Assembly: GCA_028534125.1 (NCBI GenBank)
Contig: CM052817.1
Location: 15,564,001 to 15,628,000 of the forward strand
DNA: 64,000 bases
Reading direction: 5' to 3'
From: Lama glama
Lineage: Eukaryota
Made by a program: the position numbers and the translations under genes. Each line of letters opens with the position of its first letter. Position 1 is the stretch's first letter. Below the pieces are notes generated by a model. That model was not told the DNA's origin, ran no database searches, and saw nothing but the letters and a program-made list of their open reading frames with translations. This document shows positions 12,605 through 24,849 of this stretch, piece after piece.

Positions 12605-13254
12605 GTTTCAAACAGTAAGAAAATTTCAAACTAACGGTAGTAAACACCTACTCTATATCATGATTCATATGAGAATAGATGTAAGAGATAAAATAACGAA
12701 GTGATTCTCAAGCAGCTTATAATCCAGCTTAAAAAACAAACATGAATAGATGATTTCAAAGTCATCATATAACCCAGCTATAGGGCATTCTTGTGTGAAT
12801 CACTCTTTCTCAACTCTGACCTCATATATCTCATCACCGAGATAGAATCTAGTCACATTAATGTGTTCATCACCCATAGAGATTTTTCTCAAAGACGTGT
12901 TAGGGAAGAATATGGATATGGGGGGTTTTACATTGCACAGCCAAACATCCGCCTCACTTACACGATTTTTGCATGTCTCCTTTCTCAAGCTTCTTTTTTT
13001 GTCCTTTCCCTGGGCAATTTTTGTCCTTCTCTTTCTCCTGCCAGCAAATGTCTTCCTTGACACTTCCTTTCCTCTCACTGACACATTTTTTTCCCTACTA
13101 AATGATTAGTCCTTCAAATTTGCTCTACCCCAACCATCACCCTTCTCAACTAGCCAAGGATCTTCTGGTAACAGGACTTATCAGCCTATTCAACAGCCAA
13201 TTCCACAGCCAATTACAGAGTACAAATGAAGGTTTTTTGGTGAAGATGGTAAGG

Positions 13255-13400
13255 TAATTTCTAATCTGGGTTTCAGTCTGTACTTAAAATCTGCTAATGA
13301 GCATGGACCTGTGCAAGTCTCATACCCTCTCTAAGTTTTATTTTTCCAACTTCGCCCAGAACTACCTCCTTCAAGGGTCTGTTGTGACAGTAAACTATGT
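13255..13400 (+). mobile_element. MIR fragment
   Basis: 'ctgggtttcagtc...ggacctgtgcaagtctcataccctctctaag...acctccttcaagggtctgttgtgacagtaaa'. Confidence 0.5.
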
Positions 13401-14896
13401 TCTTTGTAGACTGTGCCATAGTATAGATATGTAAGAAAATAACATGCCATCTAGGTGGTATTTTGGCAAGATCACCTTTATGTCACCTTGTCCCAAGATG
13501 TTATGAGTTACATGAATTATTACATAGAAGAAACCCAATTGAAGGTATGCAAATGACAAGGAAGGTATCTCAGCTGTCATCGCCAAAAGTTCCCAAGCAA
13601 TAATCTTTGCCATGTGAAGTCTGGTTCTTTTATAGCTCTGCCAGGTAACCTGATATTCTCGTTTAATAAGTGTTCACTTGGATCCCATGAGGCTATAATC
13701 AAAGACTCTTATCCATGGTCAACTTTCCCTGTCTGTGGAACTTGTTCGAGAGGGATGAGATCAGGGAAAGAGGTGCAAACACATTAAATACTGAAAATAC
13801 TCCATCACAACAAGCACTCACCCAAACAACACCCCCCCCCCACATAAACACCAGCCCTTTAGTGCCAGAATACCTACTTCCTGGTGGGTCTTTTTCCAGG
13901 AGTTAATTGTCATGAAAAGGGTTGTTTCTCCTCTTTCTGAAGACTCACCCTCTTCCAAAAGCTGTTGGCTTTCTCATGAACCAGTCAAACCTCAGCACGA
14001 GAAATACTTAAAATCCAGTTGGAGAATGATTACACTTACAGTATTGAGCTACGTCTGGGGCAACAAGTCTTCCTTTCACTCTTAGAATTTTCTAAGTATC
14101 TGTGATATCAGATCCTATTCAAAATTACGTATAGGACAAAAGCCTTGTGATTTCCCTGGCACCGGGTTTGGTGGCAGGAGAGAAGAGCTTCTGCAGCTGA
14201 CGGACACGCGGGCTTCAGCCACAGTTCAGTCCGTTGCTTTCTCGTGGGGCGTGTGTACTCATGATCACCCCTGAGCAATCAATTTCATCCAACGTGGGCT
14301 CAATGGAGTGCTACTGGCATTACTGTATTGAAAATAGGCACAACGCCCCTTGTATCTGTACTGACATAAGACAGTGAAAGGGAGGCATTTATAAACCTCT
14401 AAGGTAAAAGGGAACCAGTTGCTTTATAAGAAGTAATGATTATGGTAACCTGACCTCACATGGGGAATAAAACAGGAAGCGCTGGTTAAACGTAATTCTA
14501 CATAGAGCTTAACAGAAGACACACCTAAATATGTTTTTTTCAGTTATTCTGCCCCAACCTGACGGGTGCAACCTTGCCCCACATAGCAGGTCCCACATGG
14601 CAGGTCTGTGTAACACACACAACTCTGCCTTTTGCTCAGAGTTAACTCTGGTGGCCACACAGACATCTATCATCTGTCCGAACAAGACTGGCCGTGCAGG
14701 ATCCCAGGGAATCGTGGGAGGACAGGCCTGACTGCTTCCTCCGGCTGAACGACCTACCACCCTGGAGCCAGCAGAAGCCTCAGGGTGTTGTCAGTGCTTA
14801 TTGAATGAAAGCCGAAGACAAAAAGGTGCCTCCCACAGTGGGACTTGAAATTCAAGCAAATATGTAGAGTTGAACTTGAAGCAAGTAGGTAGATAT

Positions 14897-15391
14897 TGTC
14901 GACTGAAATAAATGCGCAGCTTGAAAGTTAAGAGTTATGTTTTATTTGGCAGGAGGATTCGAGCCGGGATGACAGCCTCCCAGATCGCTCTGAGGGACTG
15001 CTCCGAAGAGGCAGGGGAGGAGCTAGGATATATAGGAGCTTTACAACAAAGACCAGGTAGTTGGAACGTTAAAAAATTGCTTATTATCTAATGAAAACCA
15101 GGCATCTCAATTTGAAGGATTGAGGGCTTTTCTTTGTATGGGAGGAAGCAAACATTTGGGCTCATTGAATTCACTCCTTTGACAAGCACCTCGCTATCTA
15201 GGGCCAGTATCCTGTCCTTTCTTATTCTGAGTCCCCTCAGGGTGCACCATGGTGAGTGGCTGCAGAGGCTTGGCTGCAGGTCTGTCCTCACTGGCGGGGG
15301 AGGGGGGGGGGAAGCCGGCAGCGGCTGATGACTCGATGGCTTCAGCATTCTTTGTTTACTGATATCATTTGCAGTATTTTTTTTGTTCACA
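14897..15391 (-). mobile_element. MER41-like ERV1 solo LTR (cetartiodactyl type, 495 bp)
   Basis: 'tgtcgactgaaataaatgcgcagcttgaaagttaagagttatgttttattt', 'gctctgagggactgctccgaagagg', 'ggatatataggag' (minus-strand TATA); ends 'gttcaca'; flanks atat/ataa. Confidence 0.85.
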
Positions 15392-17092
15392 ATAAATACA
15401 GTTTGGCTAAATATTATAGCTTTCTAATTTCATCACAGATTCTGATGATTCAAAGAGGGAGAGAGTCACTCCCAAGCTTACAAGCAGCAAATGTCTTTTA
15501 AAGTAGAGCTAATGCTATTACAACAGATTTTATTAGCTAACATGTAACGTGTACCTGGGTGGCATGGGCTCTGTGGGAAAGCATACGCACACAGGTTGAG
15601 GAACTATGAACATGTACCCTTAAATGCGCTAGAAAAGACAATAGCATGCTTTTCTGTTGTTTCCTGAATTACCTCTGAATTGGAAAGCAAAGTTTCATGT
15701 TACAGCACGAGTAACGCATGCAGAGTCCTAGTCTTCCCACCCCTCCTCTGCCAGAAGGATGTGCTGGCAAGAGCAGAATTAACTTAACAGGTTAACTTGG
15801 CCAATTCAGCCTGAGGATTAGATACAAAAGTGATGGTTACATGCAAATGATGATGTTGGCACAAGTAGGACTTTCTCTCTTTATTTATTTTTAGGCTTTG
15901 AACTGGGTTTACTGAAAGAAAGCTTCCTAGGCATCCTGTATCTGATATATTTTAATCTCCCTGGGAAACATTGCCCAGTCTCACTTTTCAGTTTTCCGGT
16001 GGGGCGGTGGGATGGACTTTCTCTGGTTTATTGTTCCCCATAGTCAGCCCTTCTGGGGTCTCTCACTGCAAAACAGGCTTGAATGCAGTTGCTGTGGAAT
16101 GCACTAATTAATTACATTTATTTTACATAATTGGCATTAGAGCTTTCTGAACAAAAATGCAAATTTATGGAAATTGGTTGAAATCCTTATGCAAAATAAT
16201 ATAAAAATGGACCTCTAAATTATTGGGAAAAACAGGTAATTTTAATTGAACAGCTAAAAGATTTGTACTTTGCTACATGATTATATCTAGTAAACTCAAT
16301 TTAAAAAGTAAGTTCATTTGCTTTTATCTAACCCTTCCATATCTTGCTCAGTATTGTTGGTATAATTATCACCAATAAAGGCCCAATCTTATTTTCTATC
16401 TCTTTTTGCATCAAGCGTTCGTTCTGTAAACAGAAATGGAATATGTTATTCTTTTGAACAGAGCTTTGTGCATTACAAATTAGGAAGCGTCAGGCCAAAG
16501 GGTTGCAAAGCAACCAATTATTGCTTAAAGGGGACATAATGCAGCACCCTGCTTATTTGCTGTTCTGCAGGGGGAACGACTTTGCTGTAGAGCAAGACTT
16601 TTCACAAAAGATCAGTGCAAGGCAGTTGTAAGGTAAAGGGCCTTGCAATCAATAGAATCCATCTGCAAAGGTGGCAAGGAATGTGTAACGCAGATAGAGA
16701 TGCAGTCAGTGGGGTCATAAAAAGAGTATTAAGATGCTTGTGACATAGGAGTGAATACCTGAATACCAATAAATGAGCACTTAATAAAAAAATTGTGTCA
16801 AGAAATGTGGAATATGGGTGGATAAACACTAAATGAAAGGAGTGAGAAATAAAACACTTCCAAGCTAGAGGACATAGACATTTACATACAATTAACAAGC
16901 TGTTAATTATTGATGGACAACTCCCCAAATTCAAAGAGATTCAATTTACTATACATTCAGCTAATCAAGAAATTAGACTGACTTCCAGACTCCAAGGGTG
17001 TGGAAGTGGTTTCACAAGATTTAAATAATCGTGCTAATGAATCAACTTCCTTATTCACTATTTTTTCCTTTTGGGGGCGGGGAAGATGGTTT

Positions 17093-17729
17093 TGACACAG
17101 GAAAAATGGCTGTGGGGTATGAAGAGGGCCAGTCTCAGGCTTCAGTTGAGCCCTTGGGACATGCCCCGCCAAGTGTGGGTTCTTGGCTTCGTGCAGGAAA
17201 GAATTCAAGAGCCAGCCACAGCTGAGTAAAGGTAGGTTTATTTAGAGATACATTGAAAGGCAAGAGAAAAGCCACAAGGTGTGGGAGCTGGGTGCTGAGA
17301 TTAGAGTAAAAGCAGGTACACACTCCATAGACAGATTGCAGGCCATCTCTAAAGGGGGAGAGAGAGAGAGAGGGCAGACTTGAGGTGCCGGGTTGCCAGT
17401 TTTTATGGCCTCTGTGGCTTCATATGCTGATAAGTGGAAGGACCAGTCTAACTAGCCTGGGGAAGGGGCTGGGATTCCCAGGAAGTTGGCCGTTTCCCAC
17501 TCTTTGACCTTTCGTGGCTAGCCTTGGGACTGCCGTGGTGCCTGTGGGCGTGTAATTCACCATGTTAATGTATTACAATAGATGTATAATGAAACTCAAG
17601 TTCTGCTAGAAGTCAAATCTCCCAACATCTTGAGCCACAAGGCCTACTGGGCGTTGACTTTTCCAGCATTTGGATGTTCATTGCTGTGGCCTTCCTTGAA
17701 CGGCTGTGCCCTGCCCCCTTCCTGCCTCA
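17093..17729 (-). mobile_element. ERV1-type solo LTR (637 bp)
   Basis: TG...CA termini, perfect 4-bp TSD GTTT (17089-17092 / 17730-17733), 'ggttcttggcttcgtgcaggaaagaattcaagag', minus-strand AATAAA. Confidence 0.9.
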
Positions 17730-18402
17730 GTTTGGAGCAGACTGAGGGCGGGCTTACTTTTCTGGCGGTGTTTTAGTATCTCCACTTGTATTATTTCTTA
17801 AAACATCCTCAGGATTCAGCTGAATACTTTATTTTCATGAGGTCCCTACCATAAAATGTAATGGGAGGTCGCCTGAGACTGTTTAAAGCTTGTCAACCTC
17901 TCATCAAGAAATGGTAGGTGAACTGATCTTTATAAATAGAGGGCTTCATTCTCACACCTCGTTCCTCTGCAGTGATAAGCGGCTGAAGGACAAAGCTCTA
18001 GTAACCTAAAGTGGAGACATGAAATTAGTAAGACTTAAACACGGTTACCTGAAATATTCAGATTTTAAAAGCCAAAATGGGGCTGTGATATTATGATTCT
18101 CATCAGACATCTCCTGTGTGATGATACATCATTTCTTCCAATTTCTGTTTTGTTTCACAGTTTGCTGTGCTGCATGCTCATTTTGCTCCTACTATGTGCA
18201 AAATAGTTACAATACATCCTGAAGAGAAATACAGAAATATAATTCATTCACAGTTCTTGCTCTTCTAAGACACACACAAAATACAAAACATCAGGCAGCG
18301 TGTGAAAGGGCTACAATAAAAGTAGTAAACGATGAAGTTTAAAGAAAATTAATTGTTCCTAGATGAGATATATAACAAATTGGACTTAAAAGTGCATGTC
18401 TC

Positions 18403-19107
18403 GTTGTAGTTTTGATTTGCATTTCCTGACGAGTAGTGATATTGAACATTTTTTTCATGTGCCTATTGGCCTTTTGTATGTCTTCATTGGAGAATTGCTT
18501 GTTTAGGTCTTCTGCCCATTTTTGGATTGGGTTGTTTGTTTCTTTATTATTAAGTTGTATGAGCTGTTTATATTTTCTGGAATATGACTCAGCCATAAAA
18601 AATAATAAAATAATGCCATTTGCAGCAACATAGATGGACCTGGAGATTGTCATTTTAAGTGAAGTAAGCCAGAAAGAGAAAGAAAAATCCCATATAATAT
18701 CAATTATATGTGGAATCTAAAAAAAACACACACAAAAATGAACTTATTTACAAAACAGAAATAGACTCACAGACATAGAAAGCAAACTTGGAGGGATAGG
18801 GTGTGGGAAGGGATAAATTAGGAGTTTGAGATTTACAGATACTAACTAACATATATATAATAGATAAATAATAAGTTTATACTGAATAGCACAAGGAACT
18901 ATATTCAAGATCTTGTAGTAACTTATGGTGAAAAAGAATATGAAAATGAATACATGTATGTTCATGTATGACTGAAACATTATGCTGTACACCAGAAACT
19001 GACACATTGTTAACTGACTATACCTCAAAAAATATAGATAAGAAATTTCTTAAAAATGCCTAGGGTTTCTCTAAGCCCTTATTAAAAAGGATTTCCAAAT
19101 TAAAAAA
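18403..19107 (+). mobile_element. 5'-truncated L1 with 5' inversion and 3' transduction
   Basis: Antisense ORF2 segment 18403-~18580 ([28 protein letters not shown]); sense ORF2 end ([17 protein letters not shown]) plus 3'UTR to ~19032; 15-bp TSD aaaagtgcatgtctc at a TT/AAAA site. Confidence 0.92.
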
Positions 19108-19417
19108 AAAAGTGCATGTCTCCTTTACTAGTCATTAACATCATATGTCTCATTTTAATATTATTATAGAAAGCATTGAAATAATTGCACAATCTTTCCC
19201 TCCCTCTTTCTTGTCTTTTTTTCACTCTTTATTTATTCTTAAATTAAAGCATGCAAGATTTTTAGGAGAACTGTCTGCTGCCAAAATTGTGGGGAGTTCA
19301 AACTAGAAAGATACCATAAAAGTCATGGAATTGTTCAGGTCAAATGGGTGAATGATACGGTAGATTTCAGGAGAGCTGCTAGAAAACCAGCAAAACTACT
19401 GGGTTAACTAGTAAATT

Positions 19418-19997
19418 TGTTTTGAATGCAAGTTTGTGTGCCCGAAGCACAGTGAGGCCAAACAAACCATAATGTAAGAGTTTGGAGCAGAGAAAGGTTT
19501 ATCTGAGGGCCAAGCAGAAGAACGGACAGCTTATGCTCAAGAAACCCAAACTTCCTGATGGTTTCTGGAGAAGAATTTTTAAAGGGCAAATATGGGGTGA
19601 AGGCTACAGGGTGTGTGGCTTTCTTCTGACTGACTGGTGATGAGGTAACAGGGAATCTCAGGCATCAGCCCTCTGGGTCCAGCCAGGCTGGGGTCTCGGC
19701 ATGGAGTTATCATCCTCTACCTGGGTGGGGGCCTTGGCTCCCGTAGAAGAACTCAGAGTTACACTGTTTCGTATATTCCTTGAGGAGGAACAAGGGCTCT
19801 GTTGTACTGTTTTTTCGTGACTGCTTTTCCTTTGTTTCTGCATTTGTTCACTTTCCAGATTAGTAACTGTTTGACTCTGCCCTTATCAGACTCAGGGAAG
19901 GTCTAGGAGGCTGAAGCCTTTTTCCTATGAACAAGACAAAGGGACACAGAAAGGCTTTTGTACCCAGGAGGGCCCCACAGGGTCCTGCTCAGTTTCA
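19418..19997 (-). mobile_element. ERV1-type solo LTR, artiodactyl family (580 bp)
   Basis: TG...CA termini, perfect 4-bp TSD AATT; 'gcacagtgaggccaaacaaacc...gagtttggagcagagaaaggtttat', ends 'ggtcctgctcagtttca'. Confidence 0.9.
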
Positions 19998-20039
19998 AAT
20001 TCATGCAGATAAAAACTATCAGAATGATTAGCGTCGGAG

Positions 20040-20590
20040 CCCACTCACTCATTCACAAATTCATTGAGCATTGTTCATCAAATATTTGGTACAATGTTGG
20101 AATTATACCAATGAATGCAAATCAGTGCCTAGCCCCTGTCTTTAGTGCGGGAAGAAAGACAGATGTGCAAAAACACCATTGACCATTTAGTGTAAGGAGA
20201 TAAGTTAAACAAAAAGAGCAGTTTCAAAGATGTGAGACTGGAGAGTTTGAGGAGGAAGGATGAGATCACCAGGATGGTCAGCAGTGTGAAGGGAAGATTC
20301 TTGGGTAAGGTGAGTGTTCAGCTGGGTTTTGACAGATAAATCGACATTTTTGGATTAAAACGTATGTACATATGAATTGGGAGATTCTACATCATACAGG
20401 AAGACGACAACAAATGTAAATGATGGAAAAACTATATTAAGTTACTTAGGTGTTAATTATATTAGAAGAACTCAAAAATGTTAAATATTTCTAGCATGTA
20501 AAGTTCTAAGATATGATCTACTGGAGACAGTGGTCAAATCATAAACAATTTTATATGCCAGAGCAGAGAGTTCTTAACCTGTTAGCAGGT
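20040..20590 (-). mobile_element. L2 LINE 3' portion
   Basis: 'cactcactcattcacaaattcattgagca', 'ggtgagtgttcagctgggttttgacagataa'. Confidence 0.6.
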
Positions 20591-20808
20591 TCTCCCAAAA
20601 AACCCCTTCAGGTTTTCTTTTAAATTTTTCATAAACCCACACAGTGGGCTTTGCCAGAACTTGCTAGTGAACAGAAGACAAGGTCCTTTTTCAACCAAAT
20701 ATTCCCATAGTAGAAGGTTTGTCGTCCTTTTCTTTTCCTGAAAGAATTTAAAAAAAAAAAGCTTAGATTATAGTTTCTTTTTCTCTTATCAACACCAGAA
20801 TTCTTCCC

Positions 20809-20837
20809 TTAATTAATTAATTAATTAATCAATCAAT
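20809..20837. repeat. (TTAA)n/(TCAA)n microsatellite
   Basis: ttaattaattaattaattaatcaatcaat. Confidence 0.8.
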
Positions 20838-21689
20838 ATTACTTTTCTTAAATATCTGCTATATGCTCAATGAGAATAAGGAAAAAGTCATTTTCCAGTC
20901 TTTATTAAAATTAACAGAAAGCATTCATACACAAAGAAGAGATGATTCAGAACACACTAAACTATGTCAGCATAAAATAAGCCACTCACAAAAAAGGCCC
21001 AGATGTTTTAAACCAGGAATAATGGAAATGGTACATGATACATTTGACGTTTCATTCCCTGTACTGTAAAGCTTCAGTGCACACATATGAGGGTACTATG
21101 TAAACCCAGATTCATTAACTCCACTTGTTACCTCAAGATGCTAAGGCCCAGAGAGACTAGGATACTTGTTACAAGCCCTGCAGCTCTTTATAAGCATGGC
21201 TGGATCTCAAAATATAGTTCCCTAATTCTACCTCTAGGTTTTGCACCAACTAATCATTTTCATATTCCATCCTTTGGGCCTCAGAAATCTCACTAGCAGG
21301 AAGACAGAATGAAAAAAGAGCAGGGGCATAGTATTATAGGAATGAAAGGAAAATCTAAAGTTTGGTAATACGTGTGGGCTTTAAGAAAATTAGCTTAATT
21401 GTAAAGACTGTTTCACAGGTCATAGCTCCTTACGATAAAATTCAAACCCCTCCAGACTGTTTTTATTATGTTGGTGCTTTTCTAGGATAAAAGTTGGAGG
21501 AGTGGGTATTCCACTTTGATGCTCTTCTTAAGTAGCCAAACAAAGAATCTGAAAAAACACAACTACAGGCCCATGTGCACGTCCACACACACATGCTGTC
21601 TCACAGGGGGAGTGAGCGCTTGACCAAGAGTGAGTTTTCAAACGAGCAGCGCCCCAAAACCTTGCCAATATCTCTCACATTTGAGCCCA

Positions 21690-21850
21690 CATTCAGTGCC
21701 AGTCACTGTGCTAAGTGCTACATATAAATATATTCTTATGTGATTCCCACAATAACACTGAGTTGAATTTTACAAACCAGGAAATTGTAAATAGCAGATG
21801 TTGCATTGGAAACAATGTCTGCCTGACTCCAGAATCCACACATTTGATAT
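21690..21850 (-). mobile_element. MIR fragment
   Basis: 'gtgccagtcactgtgctaagtgctac...cacaataacactgag...ttttacaaaccaggaaattg...gtctgcctgactccagaatcc'. Confidence 0.7.
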
Positions 21851-21984
21851 TGATTTTACCAACATTGAAATGGATGGAGGATGCTTTGGGGGTTAAGTTT
21901 CTTCCTAACCAAACACCCAGACACAGTGCGTGGGAAACCTAATGAGTAGACAGTCCCACAAGCTAAATTGTGTTTAGAGTTGAT

Positions 21985-24300
21985 TGTTACATAAATAATA
22001 AATGAAATGATATAAAAATCATTTTAAAAATACAGAAGATATAAAACAAGAACTTCTCCCACTCTATCAACTTACCCATATTCCCACTCTCATCAGATAA
22101 TTGCTGTGAATCACTCATTTCAGTTCAAATGGGGACCACTAGGTATACAAAATATGCATTTATTAACTTTAAACAATTATCCTATAGCTTTCAATTTGAA
22201 TGATGAGGTAATTTTCAGTTATACCACCTTCAACTTTTCTTCTCTATTCAACCATATTGTCTCAGCAATACTATTATTTTTACATTGTTGAGGTTTACAA
22301 CAATTTCATTGAATTCAGTAGCCATAATTATACTGTCTACACTTGCCTACAGTTTAGTTCTAAATGCTGAAAATTAATAAAGTGTTTAGCTTCTCCTTAG
22401 GTAGTCTAAATGCTGAACTGTAAGAAACACTAAGAAACACTGAGCCATACCATTTAAGAATGTAGGAACACTGAACTGTAAGAAACACTGAACTACACCA
22501 TTTAAAAGGAAGTATTTCATAAATCTAGATCAAATTATCTTTTCTCAATTGTTCATGTTTATGCCATTATTTTTCTCCATTTTTGGACCTTGGTTTAGTT
22601 TTGAACAAAGTTTGATTCTAAAAAATAAAAATAAAATAATTGTGACTATATATATACATGTTGTTCACTGACCCAAAGTAACAGTTCCTCCTTATATTAC
22701 ATAAGACTTGTTGCTTTTGTAAGCTCAAATGCCTTTTATTAAATATTAGTACATTCTTTGCACTTAAGAGTCCAAAAAAACTCCCAACCAGCTCATGAAA
22801 TCATTATTTCACTCCTTAATAATTTCCTCTAAGAATAATTTGTCCTTCTCTTCCACCGTAAATTTAAAGTCCACTAGACCTTTTGCACAACTGTCATCCT
22901 GGGAACTTCCTCTGTTGTTTTCCTGAGTTGAAGTCCCTGCTTCTTGGAAACCAAACAGTAAGCACAGTGTACTTATAAACCATGTCAGATAGTTTCAGTG
23001 CTTATAGTCTGAGTCCATTTATTTATTTGTCTTATTGATTATATTATAGTTTCCTTTTATGCTTGAAAGTTTTTGATTGTGTGTTGCTCATTGTCTTTGA
23101 AAAATTATTTCGGGTCCTGGATTCTCTGTAACTTTAGATGAAGTTGCTTTCTACCATGTTCTGTAAGTCCAGGGCAACCCCAAATCAAAGCTTATAGTTT
23201 ACTTCAAATCCCCAGGCAACGTGAATCTAACCTACAAATCTGAGTGACAGCAGTGCAATAAGCACAGCTCCTCAGAATTACTGCTGTTGTTAATTCTCTT
23301 TTCTTTTCCACCCTTTACTGTTCAGCACTGAAGCAACTTTCCCTGTGTCCTCTGAGGACAGAATTACTTCCTGTTCACCTTTATCTTCCCAAGTTAGGGT
23401 AGAGATGTCTCCTGTTTCACATTGGATGGGCCCTGCTTGCCAAACCAAAGTCCCAAGTTTGCCAGCAGTAACAAATGACCTCAGAGCAAATACTCCCTTA
23501 TTCTAGTGCAGGACACTGCTTATATCTCTGGATTCCTACATTTCCACAAATTTTTGACTTAGTAGCTCCTTCTATCTTTTCAGCTATCCAGTACTTTGAA
23601 TATTTTTTTAATATTTTATATAGCAATTTTTGTTACCCTTAGTATAAGGGTCCAAACAACCTGGATCTCCTGCAAATAGAAGCCCTTCTTTTTATTCTTG
23701 AAGTTCAGTTATTTCACCAGTATATTTTGGTGTTAATAGGTTGGGGACGGGTGTGCTTTTCTATCTGCAAAAATAAGCTTTCTCCTAAATTTCACAATAG
23801 TTTTATTTTCATTGTATATTTTAATATTTTATGTACCACATGGTCTATATTCTTATATTCAGAAACACTATATTTTACAAATATTCAATTTCCTTTTTCT
23901 GTCTTCCACAATGAGTATATTTTTATAATCAATTTAAAATGTTATTTTATTTTCTTCCATTTTGTGCAATTTCCTCAAACCCATTTACAATATTCTTGGA
24001 AGAACTTTCTGCTGAATTTATGTCCTACTGTTGTTTTTTTATGTGCCTTTTCTCTCTGTTCTGTTTTCCTCGTACTCTCCTGTCTCCTTTCTGAGCTCTT
24101 CCCACTTGGCTTTCGTCTCTGACTTTTGTTTTATAATTTCTTCTTTAAATCCTTGTGTCTTTCATTTGAAACCATAGGTTTTCCTTTGTTTTAGTAGATC
24201 AACAATGTATGTTGTTCTTTTGAGTCTAAGGCTGACTAGTTGTCTGAATCCGTCGAGTGCTTCCTTGAGTAATTCTGTTTGTCTATGAAAAATCTTTTCT
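21985..24300 (-). mobile_element. Old L1M/HAL1-like fragments
   Basis: T-rich strand bias; HAL1-like 'ctgtcatcctgggaacttcc...ttttcctgagttgaagtccctgcttcttgg'; L1ME-like AT-rich segment at ~22.0 kb. Confidence 0.5.
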
Positions 24301-24849
24301 CATTGAATTATGTTTTGTAAGGAAATAAATCCAGATGACACATCCAGAAATGTTGGTTGAAGAAAGTTGGGAGGAGCCCTGGGACTTCCCATAAATCACT
24401 CTTTCCCTATAAGGTCCTAATGGGACCATAGGACTAGGATTAGGCACTCAGAGTTGATATGTTTAAACTGAAGAAAGACAAGGAAGAAATTTGTTTCTCT
24501 CCATCACATAATTACAGACTGTTTTCTTCCTTGCCATAGCTCAAAGGTTAGCTTTTCAATATCCTAATGGATCTAACACTCACTAAGAGTTTATAAACCA
24601 CATTACAGTGTACAAAGTCACTTTAACAAAAGTGTCCACTACATGCATAAAAGTATTTTTAAAGTGCCATATTGTTATTATTTTTATGATTATAAGCATT
24701 CAAATGAGTGAGAAGAGGTATTTCTTCATTGCAGCCTATTGGAGATTTCTTTGTGCTAGTTCAGAGAACTAGGAATGCCGTGTGAATTCATTTCACATCA
24801 TTTTGAACAAGATTTGGTCCAACTTACCTTGACTCCTCCAGCAACGTAG

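Noticed and set aside
18339..18653. 104-aa ORF with real protein similarity
   Set aside because: It is the inverted L1 ORF2 fragment, frameshifted and fused to other sequence; not a host gene.
23727..24122. 131-aa hydrophobic ORF
   Set aside because: Its F/L/I richness reflects T-rich antisense L1/HAL1 sequence, and it has a non-ATG start.
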